A stretch of 63,653 nt of DNA, filler included, from Parasitella parasitica NRRL 2501 (GCA_025201805.1; 8 parts of 8 records of this genome joined end to end with filler, not necessarily neighbours in it), one strand, 5' to 3'. Shown: positions 29,060 to 43,226, counted from the whole stretch's first letter. The notes: generated from the sequence alone by a model not told the origin. Program-made: numbers and translations.

Positions 29060-29439
29060 TTTATCACTAGGTCTAGTAAGGATACTGGAGGAAGTAACGC
29101 TTGTTGCTTGATCAGGGATAATGCCTGAAGATTCTGTGTTATAGTTGACACATGAATCTTGTTGAACACTGGCTACAGGTTTATATAATTTGTGCTTCTC
29201 TCTACAGCTAGTTGCCTTTTTAAACTTGAAAGTTGTTAATAAAAATGGCATTATAAAATAAACAGAAAATAGCAGCCGTAGTTGACAGACAAAGACGAAA
29301 TGATGAGGAGCTTGAGTATAACTATGGTTTTAACATTGTCTGTTCTAAATTTGAAGTTTTTAATCTATTTGAAAACGTTCATTGTGTATTTGGCATGCAT
29401 TTGCTTTACAAATTTGGTATTATTTTGGAAAATATAGCA

Positions 29440-30220
29440 GCAAAATGGTCAGATCGAATTGGATACAAAATTCCCAAGATAGAGCCTAATCCTTATAAGC
29501 CAAATGATGGTCCATATACTGTAGATCCAAAGAAAAACGTGCAGCAATGATGGCAAAAATGCAGCCGTCTATTGATGCCAATGCTAGTCTGAGCGCAAAG
29601 GCATATTGTAACTTCTCTGGTAGTGAAATCACAATGCCTATCAAAAAAGACACTCTACTTGGGAATACATGTCGCCGGCAATTTCCAATTGCAGAGGCAT
29701 TAAGGATTGTGATTCAGATACAGAATAAAAAATGGCGAGACAATGGTGTTATATTATTAAAAGAGCCAAACCAAATACGCCTCATAATTCACCTATTTTT
29801 ACCGTGCGTAAGAAAAACAGTGAGGGTGAAAATACACAGGAAAAAAACATCCTTTCGTAATTATTGACTGTCGATTGATCAATAATGCATTGGATCCCAA
29901 GAAGCTCGAGCGATTCCCACTTCCTTTGATCAGTGATCTGCATCGCAAGATGCCGTAGCACTTGTTTTAATATACGAAATAGATATGCAATTAAAACTGG
30001 ATATATATATTTGTATATAAAAAATAAGATGATTCTTCTAGACACAGCATTTGTTTAGACTATTTATACTTTTTGAGTGCCAACATCGGTTACTACATGA
30101 TCGCGGAATCGAGACATATTAAACTTGCACCAGATAAAATCAATTGTGAAATACATTTACTATGATTATCTGCATTCCATTTCTAGCTTCATCCAGTTAC
30201 CTTAAATTGATATAGACTAC
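29440..30220 (+). pseudogene. Degenerate Ty3/Gypsy pol (pre-RT and RT start)
   Basis: RRQFPIAEALR...KWRDNGVI and INNALDPKKLERFPLPLISDL, with many stops and frameshifts. Confidence 0.7.
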
Positions 30221-30493
30221 ATATGCGCACATCAGTTAATAAGATGTGTAATACAGATTTTATACTTATATCTCGACACGAGCCTTAGACATCTACTAGA
30301 TTTAGTGTAGGTGCTACGAGCTTATGCTATATAAGATTTATGCTTCAGATGCGTATTCCCAGTTTTTAGATACGCGCTATAAGACATATACTTATATCCA
30401 TGATACTAGATACAGATACATTATGTACTACAAACTTGTACAATATGTGCAATGCTATAGATATGCTTATGATATGCTATAGACATTACATAT

Positions 30494-30704
30494 TGTTATA
30501 TCAATAACATGGCAAGGTCTCACATCAGGATCTCAGATCAGTCCCAGGGTCTTACAGTAAATCATGGGTAGTCATGATTTACATTATGCAGCTAGACAGT
30601 AGAACCCTAGTGTAATGAATGTGTATATAATACATCGAGAGATGTATTATGAATAAAAGTGTAATTCTTTGGCAGATTTATTTTATCAGACTTTTGACAT
30701 AACG
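30494..30704. mobile_element. Solo LTR (family B), older copy
   Basis: TGTTAT...ATAACG, homologous to 63074-63296. Flanks CATAT/CAAAT are a 4-of-5 TSD match. Confidence 0.8.
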
Positions 30705-33700
30705 CAAATATCGATATATGCTATGATGAATACCAGATGATATACACTCAGACATGTGCTATTTATATAGACTGGATAAGACTATACAAGAAATGATATA
30801 CGCTTATGGATTGATATTAATAATCTTCGTAAAGAAGATTGATCAGGGTACCTCGGGTAAAGTCTATCTCCTTACTCAAATAGATTTAGTTATCTTGAGT
30901 CTGCTGATATGTTGGTTAGCACAAAGTTAAGATGCTAGTTACGCAGTATTATCGTACATTTTAAATTGCGAGAGTAAAACATTTATCTATAGCTTAAGTA
31001 TATAAAGGCTCATCTACCTGGCCAGTAGATGAACGGGAGTTTTATACACCTGTCTGATTTATCAGAATGAGAAATTATTCAAAGAAAACGGTTGTGAATT
31101 AATCAGGTAAAAATCTCGTTTATTACATGGAAAAAATGGTGGTTTATATACTAGTGAATCTAAGTGGACTGATGGGAGGATAAGATACAAATGTGAGACA
31201 TGGTGTGATTTAGAGAATGGAACGATAGATTGTATCTATTGTCCATGAACATGTCATGTTGAGTTATAAATAAGGAACATGATCCATTGGGATATGTTCC
31301 TGGATTGTGTTCAGGATTGAGTTTACTTGAATTTGACTTCCGGGGGGGGGAACTTGACACATCACTGTCGATTTGATAATAAAACCTATACCTCTATCAA
31401 GTTGACAATTATTGTTTTTTTCATTTCATTTTTTATCAGTGAATCTATATAACATCTTGCACTGATTCCACAAAACAATATACAACATTTCCTAGAATAT
31501 TTATACATTTGAGCGCGGACATCGGGTAAATGGCTATGCGATAAAAAAATTGATAAGCTTGCACCAGATAGAACCAATTACTGGAGCCATATCATGTAGT
31601 ATTAGGATGGGTAATCAAAAACCAGTTGTTACTAGGTGATCTGCTATAATATAGAGAGGAGATCATGGCAATGTACTTCAATTGCAGATTGAAGATTATC
31701 TTGGCAAGTGTTCAAGCTGATACCTTGACCTTGCCTGTACCTAATCTATAGTTTCATCATGAAATTCTAATAAAGATATACTTTCATATGAAAAAAAAGA
31801 TTGAAGATTATCTAATAATGTGATGTGCTACGCTTGTGTAAACTGGAGAATAAAGTCTCTCTTTCAAATCAAGAAGGTTATTCCTGTAGTGACACAGATA
31901 TGAGCACCAGGATAAAGATTAAGGCACTGTCAGATCAAAGACGTGTAGCCCTTTTGGTAAAACTTTACATGACGGAAGAATTGATTTTGATGGATCACAA
32001 TTTATCTTCTGTTTAACACCCGTGTACCCTATCGAGTGGATTGCTACTGGGAGTCAGCTTTGTAAATTAGTAATCTAAATGAGTCACCATAATTTATGTA
32101 GTTGTAAAAGGTATAAATAGCAGATGCAATTTCGATCTTATATAAAGCATCTTTAAGTTTTCGTGTCTCGTTAACCTCTGGTTTTTATCGTTTAATGTTT
32201 CCAACAGCTTCCCCACCGTGGAAGAATTATTTTAGAGATGATTGGTCTTTATCATGGCATAAAGATAGTAACACCCCGAGTTATTTAGATGTCATTATAT
32301 AGCGCTTGAACCAAACAAGTTAAGAATGAATAATACCCATCATGTCAATTTAATTTATCACAACTTCACAGAGCAGGATATGCTTCTGCGTTTAATTAAG
32401 GTTAATTTTTACCGCAGCGAAGCAAAAGGTATAAAGATTGCCAAAACGAGGAAAGAGGAACTTGATGGCCATCATTTTACGGAAATATGCATGTGCTATA
32501 TCCGCTTCCTACTATGACTTGTCATACTAAATTATCAAGTCAAAAAGCTTTATCATCTGTGATAAAACAATATAAATGATGTTCGATTATTGCCGCAAAT
32601 GAAAACGATATAACTGCTGTCCGTCGTTTTAATAAAAAAGTATCAACGAACAGCTATACCAAATGGTGAAACGGATAGGAGACCAGATACATCTGAACTC
32701 GCAGAGGCTACAACCATGAAGTGCATATTTACAGCCACCATCAATATATATGGTGTTAATGCACCTTACATGGAACACTTTTTGCTTGATGCACATGTAG
32801 ATTTTAAGAAAAAAAGGGCAACAACGAAACACTGTTGTTAATGCATTCTATATCTTATGTTATTTGTTCATTAAATAGCGGCCAAAATTAAAAAAAGTGA
32901 AGTTTTGGAAAGTGCATAAAAATTGTCTACTGGGATGAAACATTCGAATTCATGTAAATTGATGAGTATGTGGTCTAATTAACGAATAACAAACTCAAGA
33001 CACCATTTGGAATGAAAATATAAAACTAGCTCTCGTGGTTTAAGATCTAATTATACATCTGCGTACATCCGGTTATTCGAAAATAAACTTATATTATTAA
33101 ACAATCACCGGTAAGATAAACCGAAAAAGAATAAATGAATGATTTAATTGTTGATGTCCTAACCAAGTATCTACAGGCTTCTTTTTTTTTTGATTTGGTT
33201 ATGCTAAATCTTTTGAAATTAATTTTCAATAAAACGCAGAAGCTGTTGTGCGAGGTTTTATACTTATGTGCCAATAGAAAAAGTACTCTACCAAGAATAA
33301 ATCATTTCATAAACTAAACTTGCAGAAAACTAGGGGTTCTGATTAACCTGTATTACCAGGTTAAAGGTTGAAAAGCAATGTCTTTATTATCTTGTGACGA
33401 ATTAAGCTCAATGGCTGATTTGTTTGATGATGCTGAAACTCAGGTTGGGTTTGATGAGGGGTACAAGGGACATTGAAGCAAATGTAAGGGTAATTTTTTT
33501 CTGATTTCGGCTCAACTAAGGGTTATAAGTGCTTGATTGTAAATTTTGGAGCGTAAGGCTTTATGGTTTACAGACTTGTATATAGATAAATTCGTGTCAT
33601 TATGTGTATACAGCTCGTTTTGCATACTTAACAACTGATCAGTCATCCACAATAATCATAAATAAACTCGATTTCATCAGCGAATGCACTGTATTTAGAT

Positions 33701-34104
33701 ATCGACTATGTGATAATATCATACATGATGTACACTTTTCTTTCTTCATTTTTTTATCTTGATCTTTATGGGGTCTGGCCATGTATTGTAGATTCAAGCC
33801 ATCCATAGTGTATTCAAATACGGCATTGTCTATACACTGCAGAGCAAGCATCGATTTCTAGCTGTAAAGCTGGCAAAATCAAGCTTACTATGAAGTTTCA
33901 ATTTCTTGTTTTATCATCTTGCTTCCCCTTCTATTCTCCTTGATTCAAAGGAGAAATCAAGGCACACAAATTGACATCTTTTTTCTTTTTTCGTATTTTG
34001 TTGTGTTAAGACACGTGGAAGGGCAAAAAGGATAAATAAATAAAAAGTTGTGCAAGCAACTTTTTTTTCTGTATTTTGCTTCTTTTTCATATAATTATCA
34101 ACAA

Positions 34105-35609
34105 ATGGTCTTTTCTTTCAGCAAACGCTCAAAAAATAGCCGACTTACAATAGATGAATCTTCTTCAGTTTCCTCTGTTTCAGCCTCGCGCTCTAGTTCC
34201 TTTGACCAGCCATTGTCACCTATTCTACCGGATTCTTTAAACTCAAAAGCCGTCAACATACTTATCGTTGGTCAAGTTTATCAAGACACGATTATGACGG
34301 TCGACTACTACCCAGGAGAAGATACAAAAGTTCGATCCAGTCATACACAGCAAAGAAGAGGGGGTAATTGTGTAAACACAGCAGAAGTTTTGGCCCAGTT
34401 CCCCAAAATGAATCCTTTTGTGATGTCTGCTGTTGGACCGAAAGAGTCATCCAGGTAATTACTTGAACTAATGCTACAAACTCGGACTTTTTTTTTAACA
34501 GTATACTTCAGTAATTTGTTATCTCAATTAGAATCAAAAGGTGTCAAAACGTCGACGTGCTTTTATCGTAAATCACCAACTCCTTCATGTTATGTTATAC
34601 AATGTAAAGATACCGGCTCACGGACAATAATTTCTTCCAATACGTAAGTATAAATGAATAAGAGTGTTAAGTTTAACAACACTAAAGGTTTTTTTTAAGA
34701 ACTCAAGATATTACTAAGGACGAATTTGCTCGTAAAGTGCAGATGAGCAACATTACCAAGACAATGTCATTTGAATTCGATGCTCGCCCTGCTTTTTCAT
34801 GGGTTCATTTTGAAGGAAGAAATGTATATGAAACGGCTGCTCAAATAGACTGGCTCGAAGCAAAAGCAAAGCGCGAAGGATGGAGGAATGAATTAACGAT
34901 ATCTGTCGAGTTGGAGAAACCAGATAGACCCCATATTGATATATTATTAACAAGAGTAAATACTTCATTTACAACCATTCGACCCATTACTTAAGTTTGA
35001 ATGTAGGGCGATATAGTATTTTTTTCTAAACTGTATGCAGAAAAACGTGGCTATGATGAAGCAGAAGATTTTTTGAAAGATTTTCAAGCAAGGTGTAAAC
35101 CTGGGTAAGGTTTATGTTTAAACTTTTTGGTCCCACAGACTTATTTACACTGACAGTTATTTAGAGCAATCTTATTTTGCACTTGGGGAGCGCAGGGGGC
35201 AACTTGTTTATTTAAAGGAGAAGTCCTTCACTCCTCGGCAATGGAGCAAGCTCAAGTCGTAGATACAGTTGGCGCAGGGGATACATTCATAGCAGGAGTC
35301 ATTTACTGTATGAGTAGAGGACATAAACTGTTAACAACACTAAAGTTCTCATGTGAAATGGCTAGCAGAAAAGTTTCTCGATCTGGTTTTGATGGCTTGG
35401 CGGACACCATGTTCAAAGTTTGGGAGACGTCTTTAGGCGCGGAATTAAACAAGGCACATTATCATGCACCTATATTGCATTCTAAGAGCTATGAAAACGG
35501 GTTTCTTGGTTTCGATTTTGGCACACTGACAAGCAGAAGATCTGGTATGTCTCATAAAAAACTACTATCGCATTCATCGTCTGCACCGTTATTAAAGAAT
35601 AATAAATAG
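34105..35609 (+). CDS. PfkB-family carbohydrate kinase, ketohexokinase-like (multi-exon)
   Basis: RRGGNCVNTAEVLAQ, WVHFEGRN, SVELEKP, WGAQGA and VVDTVGAGDTFIAG (PfkB signature 2). Confidence 0.88.
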
Positions 35610-36092
35610 ATAATAAATCACTGTTAGGACCATTCTACTCTTAAAGTAATTTAATAACTTGCCACTTCTTTTTCTTTATTAACACTCTGTCTGATATATC
35701 ATATACCCTAATTTTAATGCTTTCACATCTCCATTGCTACTTGTTTGTATAATAATTGCTCGATAAGAAATATAAAGGGTCAAATAGACAGCCTTAATAT
35801 TATGATTTTTATCCCAAGTATCTCAGCTACTATCTTCTTTGACAAAATAGCGAGGACTCACTTTCGCAATTCCAGTACTATCTTAATTGAACCATATTCA
35901 AGTTTTGAGAGCGCTTTTACTAAGACTGTTTTTCTGGAGTATGGTTTACTCATGAATCTCATGATAATCTTGTACATTCTGGTAGTTTCAACTGTTTTTA
36001 TAACTAAGATTACTTGGGAACACCGAGTTCGAGAGTAAAACAGTTTTACATATTTTATTTCTCGTTTGGAAGCATTTGATTTGCTATATTGA

Positions 36093-37064
36093 TCACTCTT
36101 CTAATTTATTGATTTCATCGTGGTAGCTTATTAAATGATAAACAAGACCTTCTCTCGTAGCATAATTTTTTCCACGCTTACAACCAAAAACAACACATTT
36201 GTATGGTTCTTCTCCATGATGGCTTTCAACTAAATGTGTTATGACATGTGTTTTCTTTTTAAACTCTTCATTGCAAGCAGGACAAATAGTAATAGGGTAG
36301 ATGTCGTTTAATTTCTTTTCAAGGCTTGCCGATAATCCTTGCTTTTTGAATCTCTTATCATTTAATATCGAGTGTGTTGATGTAGCTGTCCCTACTCCGT
36401 TTTGCTGTCGATCTGATTTTCTATTGACTGAAGAATGACTACAAATGCTCGAGTTAATTGATTGGCAAACCTGTTGAATAATAGCATTTACTTATTCTCA
36501 TTTATACGACTTATTTGATGAACATGCTCTAAGTGATATCGTAGCCCAGGTTTAGAGGAATATACATGTTTGCAATCTGGTGATATACATTTAAATACTT
36601 TTTGTCCACGATGTTTTAACTTCAAATGCTGGTCAGCTTCTGCACGGCCAGAGCTTGTCTGGAAGCAATCAGGACAAATCAGAGGGGGATAGGTTTCTTC
36701 GATCAATTGTAAAATTAAACCTTTTATATCGACTGATCTGTGTCTGCCTGGCCCGTTAATTAAGGTCATGGTGCTGTTTCTATTCGCAACAAGTCGAGGG
36801 TGAGGGGTAATTGGACTTGAACCATCAATTAAAAATTGACTAGGATCCATTGTTTTGCCTCTTTTTTGTTTTGAAGTAGCTTTTTTCACAGGAATCGAAT
36901 GAACCATAGGTTTTCTTTTTCTTGTAGCGATTTTCACATTACCATTCCTATCCACGTGAAATCTATTATCATACAAATCTGTAATATAGCCATTACTTAA
37001 TAATTACCAGTTCTTCAGCGATTGGCTTCCCATAGAACTCATTCGTGTGATATTTTCTTTGATG

Positions 37065-37105
<41 letters not shown>

Positions 37106-37202
37106 CCTCAAATTTGATCGTAATGGGTCTTGTTACTTGAGAGTGCAATACAATACAGTCACGAGAATGTGTTTGTCCTATCATTGACACCAATTTCTCC
37201 AT
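36093..37202 (-). CDS. C2H2 zinc-finger protein (4 fingers; 5' exon structure uncertain)
   Basis: CPDC..HLKLKH, CISPDC..HLEHVH, then after an intron CPAC..HLVESH and CVVFGC..HLISYH; stop at 36093. Confidence 0.75.
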
Positions 37203-38109
37203 AGTTAAGAAATATCAATCATTAGCAGAATATGGTTTTTGGGTAGCAAGCAATGAAGCCTTCTTATGTTCATTGATCATTTGATTTTTTTAGTAGCTAG
37301 AAAACAACTTGGCAATACAGTATTTTGAGTTGAGATGATATACGAAAGAATACAGTAAATTAAACTTAGACAATCAAGGAAAGTCATTCCAGACGATGGA
37401 AGTTTCTTTCAAGCTCAAAATGCCAGAAGGAAATGACGATAATTTCCCAATACAAGCATTTAAATATTTCGGCTAATTCATCCCTACTACTTCCTTTTGC
37501 GTGCCACGCTTATCCTTGACAAGCTTCGGCAATACAAAGTGTAAGCATATTTAATTGTAGGCATATTTGGTTTATCAATTGGTTTTTTTTCTATTTTTTG
37601 AATTTTATAGCAATATTTCTTGATAAAGTTCAAGGAAGGTAATTAAGAGAGCATAAAGAGTGGTTTGTAGCAATACAACATTTAGAACGTTATCTGTCCT
37701 TATCGTCGAAGTAACCTTACGTATGTGTTTTTTGATTTTATATCAAAACAATTCTTTTCTTCCAGAGATGAGAATCTGATTTAAAAGGGGTTAAAGGAGT
37801 CAATAAAAACTACTACATTAAGCCAATATGCTTCATATGCTAATTCATCTAAAGATAATAGTGAGATACAGGAGATAGGAAAGGCCGTATCTATCCAAAT
37901 GTCATGTTAATCTAATTGCACCGAAAAGATACACTCTCGTATTGACATTTATTCTGTGATCTGATGTTTTCACTCTTGAGATGCGAATCATAGTCTGTAA
38001 AGAAAAGAAAAAAAAGTAAACTGTAAATTAAAGTTAGTGCAAATAATGGGAAATGTTTAGCTTGGATGATCTTTAAATTTTGCTTTCTAACATCAATTTA
38101 GAGCATAAA

Positions 38110-39500
38110 ATGAAATGAAAAAAAGGAAATAAAGTTACGACGTAAACCAGGACAAGAGATATGCAAAGAGGCAAAAAGCTGCTGATAAGAGTAACAGCAA
38201 TGTATGCAGAAGAAGTGCTTTGGGCATGAATCAACAAGATCAACGAAATGCAGATACTATATCGCCACCAAACAAATGGTGTCTAAATAAAGCGTCGGCC
38301 CGCTTTATGACGCATTCACCAGAAAGCTACCTCTGGACAGCTATGTGAAATAGGTATATGCAAATACTCTGAAACAAACCACTATCTCTGCCTGCGGAGA
38401 TTTACAAATAGCATTCCATGCCCGGATATTTGTGAGTTATCATTTAACTCTTCGATTATAGCAACAGGAAAACAGTAAAATACAATATGTGAATATCTTA
38501 ACAACAATTCTGCTACTTTGTTTGCTAGTTAGTAAAAGCAAAAAAGAGTTATCATCGGAAAAAATTTGCCGTCAAACATGATAGCGGCGTTCAGCGCTTT
38601 CTAATATGAATAACTTTCCATTGTGAATAATCAAAAAAATCCGTAGAAACCTCACAATGCTTGATAGAGGCATGGACAGGTCACTATTAGCTATCAGATC
38701 AAGACGGTAGAAGAATTTGAGGCGTATCTTTCATCTTTTTGTACTATCATCTTCAAAATATTTTCGTTATGAGTAATAGAAATTGTTATGTGCCTATTAC
38801 AGCTAATCAACTTGCGCTGACTAGTCTACGGATCCGGGATCTCCTAAAAATTTTGCTACCTTATACGAAAACTTGACAGAAGGTGAATTTAAAGGCGGCA
38901 TGGATAGCGAATGTATTCATCAAAGACTTGGTGATCAAAAAGTGATACTTGCTTTCCTGTCCTCTTCCTTTTAAACGCATGCAGATGTCTCAGGGATATT
39001 TTAAATACAAAGTATGAGACGAATATTCTAGTCTTCGGCGTTACTATGTCAGAGGTCTCCTGCCTCCAAGGCTATTAAGCCATATGTACATTGGAGGTTT
39101 ATAATGCTCAGTGCAAATCCGTTATGCCTTTCTGTCAAGAAACAGTTACTCAGGACCGTAACAATCAACTTTAACTAGTTCATGATCTGTTCAACTTGAG
39201 AACATTGATGCATAAAAGGCAAAGCGTTTTTAAGGATGTAAACCGGGAAAAAGGTACCTACTCAACAGTAATGACGAGCCAAGGCCAAACGGAGAGAATG
39301 AATTTTACTTTGACAATCTATTTTAGTGAAGTGCATTCTACAAACACGATGACGATGCATTGATGCGAGACTAAAAGTTTTTTCAATTCAACTACAGGCC
39401 GAGTTTTCTAGACCCAAGCAGAAGTGCAGTTTTGACTAAAATCAGCAGTATGAAGAGTATTATCTTTTGACAGGTTTGAAGAAGCTGCGATAATAGAAAG
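38110..39500 (+). pseudogene. Degenerate Fanzor1 (TnpB-like) gene: N-terminal zinc knuckle, WED/REC region and RuvC-I
   Basis: Manual translation across frames gives, in order: KKCFGHESTRSTKC, GPLYDAFTRKLPLD (38297), QQFCYFVC*LV (~38502), SQCLIEA, LPPRL..HWRFI (39060-39103), YRPSFLDPSRSAVLT (D at 39411; DPG-like RuvC-I) and EYYLLTG (39455). Confidence 0.7.
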
Positions 39501-39775
39501 AATACAGCCGGTAGCACTGCAAAATCTGAAATTGCCGTGATATACACGGGTTTCTTTATGGATTTAGATTGCTTCAGGCAAGTCTAATATCAAAGCTAAT
39601 TTGCTTTTGTCTGATTTCATCCAAAAATGGTAAGCTATACCCTTACATCTAAATTCTGACCTGATCTCCAAACAATCTCCGCATTACTTCTCAATCTTTT
39701 TTCTTTTTATTTTTTCTCTTTCTCTTGAAAATATACCTTGCAAGCATTGAAAGCATTTTGTTAACCTCCGATATC

Positions 39776-41658
39776 ATGTCAATTGACATTTTACCACAAA
39801 AAACTCCACCCGCAACTACGAAAGAAAGGGTATCTTCGTATTCGCCGTCTTCATTAGAAGAAGACTCAACAAACAAACAAGTAAATCCTCATTATGTAAA
39901 CAGTCAGCCAGCTGTCGTATCGGATAATAAAGTTCAACCAACTGCCGTTATTCTAAAGAAAGCTATTAAGAAGCCACCTCCATTATTCATCGATATACAA
40001 CAAAACACGCAGAACAATGCCCCTGTGAAACGCACAATAAAATCCCCTTCTTCTTCGGTGAGGCTTATGGATTTAGGGCATTTGGACAACGATGAACAGT
40101 TAGTTCTAGAGGAAGAAATAAAAGCAAGAAGATTAGCCAGACGACAAAAAACTTATGCCGATGATAGAGATGATGAGGAGCAAGACGATACTTTGATTAC
40201 AATTGGAACAAGAGTAGCAGAAGGTCATCGCAACTATCAAATGATGTATGATATGCTCACCGGTATAAGAATCGCAGTTGGGAGAGTGTCGGCTAAAATT
40301 GCAAGACCACTGACGGATGATGATTTCACTGCGGCACACAAACTAGTGTTTGACATGTAAGTCTTCTGCTTTGCTTTTATTATTTGGGCAAGGCATTGAT
40401 GGAGGTCTATATAGTACAGGAAATGAACTGACGCCTGGTGTCAAATATGATTTCAAATTTAAAGATTATGCTCCCTGGGTATTCAGAAACCTGAGGGAGA
40501 AGTTTCATGTTGATGCAGCAGATTATATGATGTCTCTTACAAACAAATATATATTGAGCGAGATTGGATCACCTGGAAAAAGTGGAAGCTTTTTTTACTA
40601 TTCTCGAGACTACAGATTCATTATCAAAACAATTCATCATGGAGAACATAAATTCATGAGAAGAATACTTAAAGAATATTACGGGGTACGTTTAGATTAT
40701 TACTTGTTATATCCAATTCATGCTAATGTATTTTTTCGTAGCACGTTGTAAATAATCCAAATACGTTACTCTGCAGATTCTATGGTCTTCATCGCATAAA
40801 ATTACCAAGAGGCCGTAAAATACATTTCGTTGTTATGGGGAACGTCTTGCCTTCGAACAAAGATATTCACAAAACATTTGATTTGAAAGGATCTTTGTTT
40901 GGCCGCCTTACATCGAATGAAGAAATTGCAAAGAACCCTCGTTCTGTTATGAAAGATCAAAATTGGGTAAAAACCAAGGAAAAAATTCAACTTGGCCCAG
41001 CAAAACGCGCATTATTTTTAACACAGCTTGAGAGGGATGTGGACATCTTGAAACGTTTGAATATCATGGATTATAGCCTACTGGTGGGTATACACGATAT
41101 TCGAAGAGGCAATACGGAATGTATTCGAGATCAAAGCCTGCATATGGTTACTCCTAGGACTGATAGGATGGAGAGACGCTCATCCACAATCAAGCGAAAT
41201 AAAACTGAAAAAGCAGAGATCGTACGGAAAGCTCTAAGAAATGCTAATCCAGTTCATATTGATACATCAGAATTACCTGTTAGTCCATCTGAAGAGTAAG
41301 CTGGTGATTTTTATTTATGTTTATACATTGTTCACTCAGATGCTAATATGCTTTTCTCAAAAGACGTCGATGGTGTATATTTTACGCTGATGATGGTGGT
41401 TTTAGATCTAGTAATGAAGAAGATGAACCTTCGGATAAATTATATTATGTTGGTATTATTGATATTTTGACGCCTTACAATATTGTTAAGAAATCAGAGC
41501 ATGTTTGGAAAAGCATCACCCAAGATAAGGATACTATATCTTCTGTTCACCCACTTGTATATGGCAAGAGATTCATGGATTTTATGTTGAAAGCTATTAA
41601 TGGTACTTTTAATTCCTCTCTGTCAATAAGCAGAACTCATAGCAAAAAACACCAATAG
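39776..41658 (+). CDS. MSS4: Phosphatidylinositol-4-phosphate 5-kinase (Mss4/Its3-like), multi-exon
   Basis: [63 protein letters not shown] and YGKRFMDF. Confidence 0.93.
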
Positions 41659-41755
41659 TTTATTTTATTGTATATATCATCATTTTTACCATTTATTTGT
41701 ATATATTCATAAGTTAGACGATTTCAAATTAAACTTACTGCTAATTAGTAACCTA

Positions 41756-42988
41756 CTAACAGCAGAACCATCTCTTCTTCTTTGACTTGTCTTTATGTTT
41801 GTTAGGTACTGCACTTACAGCACTTGCGGCAGAAGCATCTGCAGCAGCACCTACTCTAGAAGCAGTGGTGTTATTTGTTGCATCCAGAACTTTAGAATTG
41901 ACATTGTTATTAGTGGCAACATCGGCGTTAGGGTTGTTTAATCCTGCGACAGCACTTGTTGGTTTGGTTGAGGAAGAAATATTCTCTCCAGTATCATTAG
42001 TGATGCCATGTTGAGTAGCATTTCCAGCAGGACTCGAAGGAGTACTAACAACCGCACTAGTAGGGGCAGCATTAACAAGAACATTTCCATCATTAGATGT
42101 ACCATGGACTGGTGTGGCGGGCCCATTGTTTTCATCAGAAATGTCAATAGGGGCACCTGAAGTGTTTCTTGCAGGAGTTGCTCCAGCTCCAGCTCCAACA
42201 GCTCCAGCTCCAACAGCTCCAGCTCCAACAGCTCCAACAGCTCCAACAGCTCCAACAGCTCCGCTAGTTCCAGTGGCCCCAGCTGCCACAGAGGCCCCAG
42301 TAGCTCCAACATCAGTGGAAGTGCCATTGTTACCGACAATCTTGTTGCTTACATTTGGTACCGTGCCATCCATTGCTCTTCTACCTTTAACAAAAGTACT
42401 GACAATAACCCCAAAATTTTGTCCTTGGTTTTTAGCAATGTCGAGTTCAGTTTGTGAAGGCTGGCGTGATCCATCCCCATCACTAATTGTACCCGATCCA
42501 TAAGCGGAGCCTCCGATAACTTCGTCATTGTTTTGTAGAGCAATATTAGCATATCCAAAAGGAACATACATCATGCCATGATGTGCAAAATATGTGACAG
42601 CAGTAAGAGCTGTAGTTTCTTGGCCACCATGCTGAGAAGCAGTCGAAAAGAAAGTTCCAGCGAATTTACCTGCAAGAGCTCCTTTAGCCCATAAAGCGCC
42701 ACTAGCATCAAGCAATGTCTTGATCTGTGCAGGAAATAGACCGAAACGAGTAGGTAATCCAAAAATAATACCGTCAGGTTCGCAAAGCTTGTCGACTGTC
42801 ATTACAGGCAAATCGGGTTTGGTAGGTGCTTGCATTTTGGCTAAAATTTCATCTGAAAGGGTCTCTGACACTTGAAATAATTTCACCTCGATTCCTTTTT
42901 CTTCTAGGCCTTGTTGAATTGACAAAGATAATTTATAAACATGTTGATACAATGAATATATAACAATGTAAACTACTGGTTTTTTCAT
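41756..42988 (-). CDS. WrbA/Pst2/Ycp4-type flavodoxin-like NAD(P)H:quinone oxidoreductase with long low-complexity tail and terminal CC
   Basis: IYSLYQHV, GLPTRFG, FFSTASQHGGQETTA and GGSAYG; VGA repeats; ends KKKRWFCC; intronless. Confidence 0.9.
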   Translation of the reverse strand: MKKPVVYIVIYSLYQHVYKLSLSIQQGLEEKGIEVKLFQVSETLSDEILAKMQAPTKPDLPVMTVDKLCEPDGIIFGLPTRFGLFPAQIKTLLDASGALWAKGALAGKFAGTFFSTASQHGGQETTALTAVTYFAHHGMMYVPFGYANIALQNNDEVIGGSAYGSGTISDGDGSRQPSQTELDIAKNQGQNFGVIVSTFVKGRRAMDGTVPNVSNKIVGNNGTSTDVGATGASVAAGATGTSGAVGAVGAVGAVGAGAVGAGAVGAGAGATPARNTSGAPIDISDENNGPATPVHGTSNDGNVLVNAAPTSAVVSTPSSPAGNATQHGITNDTGENISSSTKPTSAVAGLNNPNADVATNNNVNSKVLDATNNTTASRVGAAADASAASAVSAVPNKHKDKSKKKRWFCC

Positions 42989-43226
42989 TTTAATGTAAAA
43001 GATAATATCGTGCGAGAAAGAAGGCTCGAATATCATCCAAATCATGGATGGAATTATGAAAATTAGCAAAAAAGTTCCTTCGATTCAACAAACAACTCAA
43101 ACAAACATGCAACTTGTCAAAAAACACAGGAAAAAATAGTAATACAACAAACAATGTAGGCTTTTTTTAATACAAAAATCTAAATGAATCCCTCACTTTT
43201 CTTTTATTCGTATCGGATTGTTAACT

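Noticed and set aside
38826-38840. STDPG read as RuvC-I
   Set aside because: Out of domain order. The better RuvC-I candidate is FLDPSR at 39411, followed by EYY..TG.
41787-42503. Antisense and alternate-frame ORFs (APTAPA and LELLEL repeats)
   Set aside because: Shadows of the 9-bp repeat in the flavodoxin tail.
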